Part shown: piece by piece, positions 36,867-45,345 of the stretch
Layout of the letters: the number at the start of each line of letters is the position of its first letter
Numbering within the stretch: the first letter of the stretch is position 1
Assembly: GCA_046269625.1 (NCBI GenBank)
Contig: JBJURY010222185.1
Span: 1 to 64,000, forward strand
Reading direction: 5' to 3'
Origin: Hausera hauseri
Lineage: Eukaryota
Length of the DNA stretch: 64,000 bases
The notes under the pieces: generated by a model
What the model was told of the DNA's origin: nothing
Seen by the model: the letters and a program-made list of their open reading frames with translations, nothing else
Database searches by the model: none
Program-made: the position numbers and the translations under genes

Positions 36867-37721
36867 ATGACCCTGCTGACTGTAGACCAACTGCGTGTCA
36901 TGATCCCGACCAACAAAGAGGTCGAGGCTTGGTGCGAGGAACTGAACAAGGCACTCCCGAAGTACGACATCACCACGCCGCAGCGCATTGCCGGGTTCAT
37001 CTCGCAGTGCGCTCACGAGTCGATGGACTTCAACGCCCTGTCCGAGAACCTGAATTACCGCGAAGAGACGCTGAACAAAATCTTCTCGCGCTACTTTGGC
37101 CCCGGCAAGCGCAACGCCGCCGAATATGCCCGCAACCCGGAGAAGATCGCCAACTACGTCTATATGGACGAGTTCCGCACTTCGAAGCTGGGCAATACGC
37201 AACCGGGCGATGGCTGGCGCTTCCGTGGCCGTGGCCTCAAGCAGTTGACTGGCCGGGACAACTACACCCGCTTTGCCAAGGACTACGACATGACGGCTGA
37301 GCAGGCCGCCGAGTGGCTGGAGACGAAGGAAGGTGCGCTAGCCTCGGCCCTCTGGTTCTGGAACACTAAGAACCTGAACGCAGTTGCCGACACCGGCGAC
37401 GTGGTGCGCCTGACCAAGATCATCAACGGCGGCGACATCGGTCTCGCAGACCGTCAGGCCCGCTACACCCGTGCCATGGCTGCACTCGGTGGGAAGATCA
37501 CGGCCCCCGCACCGGCTGCCGCCTCTACGGCCACCTCTGGCTCTATGCGTCGTGGCTCCAAGGGTGAGGGTGTCAAGAAACTGCAGGCAAAGCTTGGTCT
37601 TGTGGCTGACGGTGACTTTGGTCCCGGCACCGAGGCGGCGCTCAAGAAGTGGCAGGCTGCAAACGGTCTGACCGCTGACGGCGTAGCTGGTCCGAAGACA
37701 TTGGCTAAGCTGCTCGGGTGA
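36867..37721 (+). CDS. endolysin: GH19-family with C-terminal peptidoglycan-binding domain
   Basis: Q.AHES, ENLNY, GDGWRFRGRGLKQLTGRDNY, INGG; GSKGE.VK.LQ..LG...DG.FGP.T. Confidence 0.9.
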   Translation: MTLLTVDQLRVMIPTNKEVEAWCEELNKALPKYDITTPQRIAGFISQCAHESMDFNALSENLNYREETLNKIFSRYFGPGKRNAAEYARNPEKIANYVYMDEFRTSKLGNTQPGDGWRFRGRGLKQLTGRDNYTRFAKDYDMTAEQAAEWLETKEGALASALWFWNTKNLNAVADTGDVVRLTKIINGGDIGLADRQARYTRAMAALGGKITAPAPAAASTATSGSMRRGSKGEGVKKLQAKLGLVADGDFGPGTEAALKKWQAANGLTADGVAGPKTLAKLLG

Positions 37722-37750
37722 TGTAGTATCTCCGACAACAGGAGACCGTC

Positions 37751-39613
37751 ATGGCACTTACGAAGCTTGTATTCCGGCCCGGTATCAACCGCGAGACCAC
37801 CGCCTACGCCAACGAGGGCGGCTGGTGGGATGGAAACCTTGTGCGTTTCCGGGCCGGAAAGCCCGAGAGCATCGGTGGCTGGACCCGTTACACGAAAACC
37901 CAGATGCTTGGCACCGCCCGGTCTCTACTGACGTGGGCTGCGTTGGATGGCACCATCTACACCGGTATGGGCACCAACCTGAAATACTACATCGTCCGCG
38001 GTAGCGGGCTTAGCGATATAACTCCGATCCGTGAGACGACCGTTGCCGGTGCGGTTACCTTTGCTGCGACCAACGGGTCGTCGGTAGTCACTGTTTCAGA
38101 TACCGCCAACGGGTGTGTGCTTAATGACTTCGTAACCTACTCTGGCGCGGTCTCTCTTGGCGGCAACGTCACGGCAGCTATCCTTAACGCCGAGCACCAG
38201 ATCACCCATATTGTGGATAGCAATACTTACGAGATCACCCTCAGCGTTACGGCAAACTCTTCTGATGTCGGGAACGGTGGCGCGTCCGTTGTTGGTGCCT
38301 ACCAGATCAACACGGGCCTCGATACCTCCGTGTACGGGACTGGGTGGGGCACCGGTGTGTGGTCGCGGGGGACTTGGGGCTCCGGGTCATCCATTTCTGC
38401 GGCTGGCGCGCAGCTTAGAACATGGTCAGAGGACAACTTTGGCGAGGACCTGATTATCTCTGTTCACGACGGGGGTATTTACTACTGGGATACTAGTTCG
38501 GGACTCACGACCAGAGCTGTAGCGCTTGAGGACTTGGCGGGGGCACAGGCTGCCCCGACGGTCGCAAAGTGCATCATCGTGTCTGAGACCGACCGGCACA
38601 TTATCGCCTTCGGCTGTGATCCAGAGGCAAACCCCGGGGTTCAGGACCCCCTAACTATTCGCTTCTCGGATCAAGAAAGCGCGACGGAGTGGAGAACGCT
38701 CCCCACGACCACGGCAGGCGAGCTTCGGATTGGCACTGGGTCAGAGATCATAACAGCCGTGCAGACCAAACAGCAGGTCGTTGTCTTTACGGACGTGTCT
38801 ATCCACGCGATGCAATACATCGGGCCGCCCTTTACTTTCGGGCTGCAGGAGGTCTCCTCTTCGGTGTCCATCAGCGGGCCAAACGCCGCGGCGGCTGTGG
38901 GCGACTCCGTGTACTGGATGGGTAAAAACGAGTTCTATGTCTACGACGGTGCCGTCGTTCAGATTCCGTGCGACGTCAAGGAGTACGTTTTTTCTGGCAT
39001 GAACACCGCGCAGCAGCTTAAGGTTTACGCCGGGCACTGCAGCTCGTTCTCCGAGGTCTGGTGGTTTTACCCGAGCTCAGATTCGGAGGAGAACGACAGC
39101 TATGTGGTGTATAACTACGAGCAGCGTATTTGGTACTACGGCACCATGGCGCGCACTGTGTGGCAGGACAGAAATGTCCTCTCTTACCCCGCGGCGGCAT
39201 CTCCCGACGGCTACGTCTACTACCATGAGAACGGCCTTGACGACGGCAGCGTGAACCCGCCGGTCGCTTTGACCCCCTATATTGAGTCCAGCGTCATTGA
39301 CATGGGTGACGGCGATCAGTTCATGTTTGCCACGAGGATCATTCCCGACCTTACGTTCCGCAACTCGACCAACGCCGCACCGATAGCCACGCTGACGCTT
39401 AAAGCCCGAAACTTCCCCGGCGGTGCCTACTTCGCGTCGGACGCTGACCCAGTGACTAAGACCTCGTCGCTCCCCGTCGAGCAGTTCACCAATGAGGTTT
39501 ATGTCCGCCTTCGCGGGAGGTCTATGTCCTTGCGGGTGGAATCTGACCAGACCGGAACCTCTTGGCGTCTTGGAGACCCTCGCCTTGATCTGCGTACTGA
39601 CGGCAGACGTTGA
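37751..39613 (+). CDS. tail nozzle/stabilization protein (P22 gp10-like)
   Basis: 620-aa beta-rich protein; IRFSDQE, EVWWFYPS; lies before the ejection proteins. Confidence 0.7.
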   Translation: MALTKLVFRPGINRETTAYANEGGWWDGNLVRFRAGKPESIGGWTRYTKTQMLGTARSLLTWAALDGTIYTGMGTNLKYYIVRGSGLSDITPIRETTVAGAVTFAATNGSSVVTVSDTANGCVLNDFVTYSGAVSLGGNVTAAILNAEHQITHIVDSNTYEITLSVTANSSDVGNGGASVVGAYQINTGLDTSVYGTGWGTGVWSRGTWGSGSSISAAGAQLRTWSEDNFGEDLIISVHDGGIYYWDTSSGLTTRAVALEDLAGAQAAPTVAKCIIVSETDRHIIAFGCDPEANPGVQDPLTIRFSDQESATEWRTLPTTTAGELRIGTGSEIITAVQTKQQVVVFTDVSIHAMQYIGPPFTFGLQEVSSSVSISGPNAAAAVGDSVYWMGKNEFYVYDGAVVQIPCDVKEYVFSGMNTAQQLKVYAGHCSSFSEVWWFYPSSDSEENDSYVVYNYEQRIWYYGTMARTVWQDRNVLSYPAAASPDGYVYYHENGLDDGSVNPPVALTPYIESSVIDMGDGDQFMFATRIIPDLTFRNSTNAAPIATLTLKARNFPGGAYFASDADPVTKTSSLPVEQFTNEVYVRLRGRSMSLRVESDQTGTSWRLGDPRLDLRTDGRR

Positions 39614-39663
39614 CTTATGCTAGGATTAAGGCAATACTACGCTCTCGGTAAGGGGGGACGGCT

Positions 39664-40281
39664 ATGCCTACGTTTGTTGACCGTACAGGGGTTCGGTACG
39701 GGAGGCTCACAGCGCTCACAATCGCTGGGAAAACTGCGGCTAAGAAAACCCTGTGGCGCTGCGCCTGCGATTGCGGGAAAGAGGTGCTCGTAGACGCCTG
39801 TAGGCTACAGACAGGGAATACGACCTCGTGCGGGTGCTATCTGAAAGACCGGATAACCAAGCACGGAGGTACAGGGAAAGGCTCATATAACACGTGGCGT
39901 GCAGTGGTGCGCCGGTGCACAAACCCGAACGATAAAGACTACTACCGTTACGGCGGTATGGGGATCACCGTGTGCGCGGAATGGTTGGACTATCCGCGGT
40001 TTAGGGCGGACATGGGGGAGCCCCCGACCGATGGGCATAGTCTTGACCGCATAGACCCTTGCGACGGGTACAGCAAAGCTAACTGCCGCTGGGCAACCGC
40101 CCTTGAGCAGAATCGGAACATACGTAGCTTTGGAAAAGCTCGCGGGGTATCCCTCCGAGGTAATAAATGGTATGCAATTATTGGGGTGAACAACCGACAG
40201 ATATATTCGCGGGGGTTCGACACTAAAGAGGAAGCTATGGCTGAACGGCAGCGGCAAGAACAGCTATATTGGAGCTCGTAA
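39664..40281 (+). CDS. HNH homing endonuclease with C-terminal AP2-like domain
   Basis: WRC.CDCG, YGG.GI.VC.EW, SLDRID...GY...NCRWAT; RGVS....KW.A.I......Y..GFDTKEEA. Confidence 0.85.
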   Translation: MPTFVDRTGVRYGRLTALTIAGKTAAKKTLWRCACDCGKEVLVDACRLQTGNTTSCGCYLKDRITKHGGTGKGSYNTWRAVVRRCTNPNDKDYYRYGGMGITVCAEWLDYPRFRADMGEPPTDGHSLDRIDPCDGYSKANCRWATALEQNRNIRSFGKARGVSLRGNKWYAIIGVNNRQIYSRGFDTKEEAMAERQRQEQLYWSS

Positions 40282-40284
40282 TAT

Positions 40285-40536
40285 ATGGCCACTAACGCAC
40301 CCGCACCGTTCTTCCCGACACCGCCCGGGGAATACAACCGTCAATACATGGCGCAGCTTGTCCGCGCCTTCTCGGTCTTCGTGCAGCAGACCAACAACCC
40401 GGGTGATGCGATCTTTACCACGCTCAGGCTGACCGCACTGCCAATTTACGCCAACAACGCCGCAGCTGTCGCTGGAGGGCTCATCGCCGGGGATGTCTAT
40501 AAAACGTCGACAGGAGAGCTTCGGATTGTCGTGTAG
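40285..40536 (+). CDS. small tail-associated protein
   Basis: P.PP.EY...Y..QL.R; LP.YANNAAA..GGL..GDVY. Confidence 0.6.
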   Translation: MATNAPAPFFPTPPGEYNRQYMAQLVRAFSVFVQQTNNPGDAIFTTLRLTALPIYANNAAAVAGGLIAGDVYKTSTGELRIVV

Positions 40537-40580
40537 CGCGGCATCTGCTAAGTTGTGTCAAACTCGCTAGAGGAACTGCC

Positions 40581-41651
40581 ATGCTTCCGATGATCTTGGG
40601 CTTTCTCGGGTCCGTCTTCGCCCCGGCCATCGCCGGCGCCACCGGCATCGCCGCCCTCGCTAGTCCGCTCCTCGCAGGTGCAATCGGGCAGGGTGTAGGC
40701 ACCGCAATCGAGCAGCGGGACCTTGGTGCAGGACTTCGTGCCGGGCTCGGCTCTTTCGTCGGCGGCAAGGTTCTCGGCGGGCTCATGGGCAGCACGGCTG
40801 GTGCGGCTGGTGCGGCTGGCGCTGGCGCAGCGGGTGGGACACTTCCTCCCGGCGTTTCTCCTACAACGTCTATTCGTCCGATGCCTAACCCGGCGAATGT
40901 AGCACCCAAAGGTCTCCCCGGTCTATTCGGGCAAGGCACCCTCGGCCAAGGGCTGCGTAGCGGTATGGACTTTATGGGTTCGGCCCAAGGTATCGGCTCC
41001 GCGCTTGGTACCGCGCTGACTACCCCTCCGCCGAAGGTAGAGACGGGCACTAAGGGGACTAAGCCCACCGAGGCTGACAAAGAGATGAAGCCCATCCCAC
41101 GCCAGCAGATTACTCCTCCGCCGGGCTACCGCCCCGGCGTCGACCCGGAGTTTAACTACGACCTCAGTACGCCATACTCCTATGAGGATATTCTCGCCTA
41201 CCGTGATAAGGGGATTATCCCGTACGCTAAGGGCGGTAAAGCTGAAAAAGCTAACCCCAAGACCGAGATTGTAGAGGCAATCGCAGCCATCAAGGGCCAG
41301 CATCCGCAGCCCGAGGTCGCGCTCGGTAAGTTCTTGGCCAAGTACGGCGAGGAAGCCCTGCGTGATCTGGTAAACTCCGTGCAGTCTGGTGAGTTTGACG
41401 ACACTCGCGAGCGCTTCGCCAACGGTGAAAACGGCATGGTCCGTGGCCCCGGCGATGGCTCCGGCGTAGATGACAAGGTGCCTGCCACAATTGATGGCGA
41501 GCAAGATGTGCTCCTCGCCGACGGCGAGTTCGTGCTCCGCAAGGACGCCACCGATGCACTCGAGAAGAAGTTTGGTGGGGGCTTCCTCTCCGCGGTCAAC
41601 TCCGCAGGCGACAAGGCACCCGAGGTGCTCAAGAAGAAAGCCGCTGCATGA
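40581..41651 (+). CDS. putative internal virion (ejection) protein
   Basis: G/A-rich N-terminus; GPGDGSGVDD.VPA..DG....LLADGEFV. Confidence 0.6.
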   Translation: MLPMILGFLGSVFAPAIAGATGIAALASPLLAGAIGQGVGTAIEQRDLGAGLRAGLGSFVGGKVLGGLMGSTAGAAGAAGAGAAGGTLPPGVSPTTSIRPMPNPANVAPKGLPGLFGQGTLGQGLRSGMDFMGSAQGIGSALGTALTTPPPKVETGTKGTKPTEADKEMKPIPRQQITPPPGYRPGVDPEFNYDLSTPYSYEDILAYRDKGIIPYAKGGKAEKANPKTEIVEAIAAIKGQHPQPEVALGKFLAKYGEEALRDLVNSVQSGEFDDTRERFANGENGMVRGPGDGSGVDDKVPATIDGEQDVLLADGEFVLRKDATDALEKKFGGGFLSAVNSAGDKAPEVLKKKAAA

Positions 41652-42091
41652 AGGACGTAACCACCCGTCTGGTCTACACTCCGGTACCAAAGGCGTTTGT
41701 CGACGCCGTCTGGGCTGACGTGGTGCGCGGGCTTAAACGATCTGTCGATACTGCCCGTGGCAAATTCGACATGCAGGACATCTACAACGGTATAAAAGAG
41801 GACGTCTACGTCCTCTGGATCGTACTGGACGATGACACGGTGATTGCGGCAGTGACCAGCCGGATCGTGGACTACCCGGGCCCGCACCGCGGTATGGCGC
41901 TCGATTGGATCGGCGGAACCCGCATGGCAGAGTGGCTTCCCATGGTGCAACGTGCTATGAGTAAGTATGCACGGGACAACGGGTGCACGCACCTCGAGGG
42001 TTTTGGCCGTAAGGCTTGGGGACGATGGTTGGCTAAGTACGGGTGGGAACCTGAATACATAGCCTACAGGATGGAGTTGAGCGATGGGTAA
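41648..42091 (+). CDS. GNAT-fold-like virion assembly protein
   Basis: LW.V......AA.T.RI..YP...GG....W...A...GC..LEG.GR..W. Confidence 0.55.
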   Translation: MKDVTTRLVYTPVPKAFVDAVWADVVRGLKRSVDTARGKFDMQDIYNGIKEDVYVLWIVLDDDTVIAAVTSRIVDYPGPHRGMALDWIGGTRMAEWLPMVQRAMSKYARDNGCTHLEGFGRKAWGRWLAKYGWEPEYIAYRMELSDG

Positions 42092-43517
42092 GGGCAGCAA
42101 GGCTCCGACAGAGCAGACCGTAACGCAGACGAACATCCCCAAGGAGTTCATGCCCTATTTCGAGCGCCTCATGGGGCGCGTCGAAGAGCAGTCCTTGCAG
42201 GGGTATCAACCCTACGGCGGGCAACGTCTGGCTACCGCCGATCAGTTTGGCGACATTGCGGCTTCGCAGGAGGCGACTCGGGCGCTGGCAGCTGCCGGTA
42301 CCCCGCTGCTTACCGAAGCGCAGGGCATGGCGCGGAACGTCGCGCAGGGCGCAGCCGGGCTTGCCTCCATGCAAAGGCCCTATCAGTTCTCGCAGTATGG
42401 TGGTTTCCAAGCCGGGCAGGCTACGCCTTACGCAGGCTTTTCCGCAGTGTCTCCGACGGAGTACACTGATTTTCGGGCTGGTACGGCCACACCCTTTGCT
42501 GACTTCGGTGAAGCGGGCTTCCGCGAGTTCCAGTTCGGCCCCGCTGGTCAGTTCACTGGGGAAGCCGTAGGCCAATACATGGACCCGTACATGCAAAATG
42601 TACTGGATATCCAAAAACAGCAGGCACAAGAAGATTACGATATCGCCCGGGCGGGGCGCAGTGCTCGCGCTGTGGCTGCTGGAGCGTTTGGCGGGTCTCG
42701 CGCCGCAGTGCAGGAAGGACTTGCTGAACGCGACTTGCTGCGTCGGCAGGCCGATATCCAAGCTCAGGGGCTGTCTTCCGCCTATAGCGATGCCCAGCGT
42801 ATGTTCGAAGCTGATCGTGCTGCGCGTATGGCTACGGAGCAGGCGCAGGCCGGGGAAGGTGCCCGCGTACAGACCGGTGTGGCCGGGGAAATGGCTCGCG
42901 TGCAGGCCGCACGGGCTGCAGAACTCGCTCGCACGCAGGGTATCGGTATCGACGAGGCTGCACGTGTTCAGGCAGCCAAAGCCGCGGAACGTGCCCGGGT
43001 GCAGGGTATGACGCAGCAAGAAGCTGCACGTGTTCAAGCGGCGCAGGCCGCAGAGCTTGCCAGAACTCAAGGTATTGGCATCGACGAGGCCGCACGCGTC
43101 CAAGCAGGGCAGGCTGCAGAACTCGCACGGGTGCAGGGTGCACAGGCCGCCGAAAACCTTGCCTCTAGCCAGTTTGGCCTTGACGCTCTGCGACTGCAGG
43201 GGCAGCAGGCTGGGCAGTTGGCTGGGCTTAGCGAACAGGAGCGCGCAGCGCGGATTCAAAACGCTCAGATGCTCGAGGCCATTGGCCGTGCGCAGCAAGG
43301 TGAGGCACAGGCCGGGCTCGATATCGGCTACCAAGACTTCCTGCGCCAGCGGGGGTACCCCATGGAGCAGCTCGGTTTCTACTCGGATATTCTCCGGGGC
43401 CTGCCGGTGGCAAACGCAGGTACGACCACCGAGACCGCGTCGGTCTACACTAACCCGCTCCAGCAAGCGCTCGGTGCCGGGCTCTCCGGTCTGTCTCTCT
43501 ATAGGGCCTTCCAGTGA
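42084..43517 (+). CDS. putative DNA ejection (pilot) protein
   Basis: MGKG.K.P; YMDPY...V; AGAFGGSR; Q/A-rich ELARVQ repeats. Confidence 0.7.
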   Translation: MGKGSKAPTEQTVTQTNIPKEFMPYFERLMGRVEEQSLQGYQPYGGQRLATADQFGDIAASQEATRALAAAGTPLLTEAQGMARNVAQGAAGLASMQRPYQFSQYGGFQAGQATPYAGFSAVSPTEYTDFRAGTATPFADFGEAGFREFQFGPAGQFTGEAVGQYMDPYMQNVLDIQKQQAQEDYDIARAGRSARAVAAGAFGGSRAAVQEGLAERDLLRRQADIQAQGLSSAYSDAQRMFEADRAARMATEQAQAGEGARVQTGVAGEMARVQAARAAELARTQGIGIDEAARVQAAKAAERARVQGMTQQEAARVQAAQAAELARTQGIGIDEAARVQAGQAAELARVQGAQAAENLASSQFGLDALRLQGQQAGQLAGLSEQERAARIQNAQMLEAIGRAQQGEAQAGLDIGYQDFLRQRGYPMEQLGFYSDILRGLPVANAGTTTETASVYTNPLQQALGAGLSGLSLYRAFQ

Positions 43518-45280
43518 TGAACATCGTCCAACTCCAAGACCAGCTGAAAAACTTCTCGCAGGACCAGCTCGTGCGGGAGATGCAGATGCCCTCGGGTAAC
43601 GCCCCGCAGTTTCTCGTTCTTGGAGAAATCATGCGCCGCAAGCGCATGCAGGATGACTTCACGGCACAGCAAACCAAGGGCGATCAGGGCACGGTGGCTC
43701 AAGAGGCTGTCGCAGCTGCAGGCGTCCCGCGGGGCGGCATCGCCGATATGGCCCGGGCTTTGGCCCCGAGCACTGACATGGCGCAGAACACGGGCGTGCA
43801 GGCTATGTATGCTGGTGGCCCGGTGAAGAAGATGAAGAGGGGCGGCAAAGCCGAGACCGACCCGGCGGTCATCGCTATGGCGAACCGTGCGGGCATGTCG
43901 GTCTCTGAGTACCTCGACGCGCTCGGCGAGGAAGAAGCTGCGCGTATTGAAGCCGGTGCAGCACAGCGTGCCGCCCGCAACCGTATGATGGCTATGGAGC
44001 CTGTCGGCGATAGCATCACGATGCCGACGCAGTCGGACCTCGACCGCCGGTTCCAAGAAGAGCAGTTCGCCTTCGGTGCTTCGCGCCCGATGGTGGCCCC
44101 CGCCGCTATTGATATGCCGGTTGTTCCCTCAGTTCCGGGACGGGTTATTGGCGCTCCGGCAGCTGGGCTTGCGTCTATCGCCCCGGCTCTGCCTGCTGCA
44201 CCTGCTGCCGATATGGCTCCCACTGCGTCGATGGAAGTGCCCGCGCCTGTACGTACCCCTGCCCCGGTGTTCGAGGAGCTCGGTCGTGAGGTTGGTGGTG
44301 CGTCTATTCTCGACATGGCAAACACTGCCGCTGCTCTCGCCCCTCCAGAGGCGGCTCCGCCGGGTGCCCCGGTCGCCCCGGCCCGTGTAACTCGCACGGC
44401 ACCGCGCGCAGCCGGTATCGGTAGTGCAGCCGTAGTGCCCGGTTCGGTTGATGGTGGCATCCTGTCGGATATCGTTGATCCGGCTTTGTCGTGGCTTGGA
44501 GAATTTGGCCGCGCTCTAGGCGGCGAAACTGCGGAAGAGCGTGACGCCCGGAGAGCAGCGGAAGCCGCTGCAGAAGCCGCACCGGGCAGGGCTGACCGCG
44601 ACCAGCAAGGTGCCGCAGCTGTGCCTACTCCCGCTGAGATCAAAGAAGCCGAAACCGCCGGCGGAGCTGGTGGGGGCGGAGGCGGTATCGCTGGCGTAGG
44701 CGGCATGTCGTCCTACGAGCAAGAGCTCATGGATACCCTCGCACGGCGTGAGAAGGCTGCTGAGCAGGACAAGTGGCTGGCGCTGGCCCAAGTTGGCTTG
44801 AACCTCATGTCGTCCACGCAGCCGACACTTGGCGGTGCTCTCGGCGAAGCCGGGCTCAAGGGCGTCGAAGCTGTGCGCAGTGCACGTGACCAGTACGACA
44901 AAGACCGCCTCGAACTCCTCGGTGCCTTGGATAAATCGCGCATGGCACGGGCCGCAGCCGCTTCTCGTGGCGGGTCGGGCGGTATCAAGCCGTTGACTGC
45001 CAGTGGGATTATGACCCAGCAGAAGTATATGCTGGACCTCGCTGAATCGCGCTTGGCCTCGCTGACCGGCGGGCAAGACCCTGCTACGTATGCTGCAATG
45101 CTTACCGAAGCAGCGCAGGGCGGAGACACCATGGCGGCAAGCCAGCTAATGGCCCTCGACAACGCTAAGCGGGACTATGACTCTGCGTACAATAACTACA
45201 TGTCCGCGGCGAACCAGCTTGGTGCATTGACCATGACCGAGACCGGTGGCGGCAGCGACGTGCCAGACCTGTCAGACTAG
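43514..45280 (+). CDS. putative internal virion protein
   Basis: P.FLVLGE..RRKRM N-terminus; P/A-rich; AGG motifs. Confidence 0.6.
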   Translation: MMNIVQLQDQLKNFSQDQLVREMQMPSGNAPQFLVLGEIMRRKRMQDDFTAQQTKGDQGTVAQEAVAAAGVPRGGIADMARALAPSTDMAQNTGVQAMYAGGPVKKMKRGGKAETDPAVIAMANRAGMSVSEYLDALGEEEAARIEAGAAQRAARNRMMAMEPVGDSITMPTQSDLDRRFQEEQFAFGASRPMVAPAAIDMPVVPSVPGRVIGAPAAGLASIAPALPAAPAADMAPTASMEVPAPVRTPAPVFEELGREVGGASILDMANTAAALAPPEAAPPGAPVAPARVTRTAPRAAGIGSAAVVPGSVDGGILSDIVDPALSWLGEFGRALGGETAEERDARRAAEAAAEAAPGRADRDQQGAAAVPTPAEIKEAETAGGAGGGGGGIAGVGGMSSYEQELMDTLARREKAAEQDKWLALAQVGLNLMSSTQPTLGGALGEAGLKGVEAVRSARDQYDKDRLELLGALDKSRMARAAAASRGGSGGIKPLTASGIMTQQKYMLDLAESRLASLTGGQDPATYAAMLTEAAQGGDTMAASQLMALDNAKRDYDSAYNNYMSAANQLGALTMTETGGGSDVPDLSD

Positions 45281-45345
45281 TAATAACCGGACTAGCCTAG
45301 AGCGGCACCTTTACGTATACTCCGGCCAAGCAGAGGAGTCTTCGC

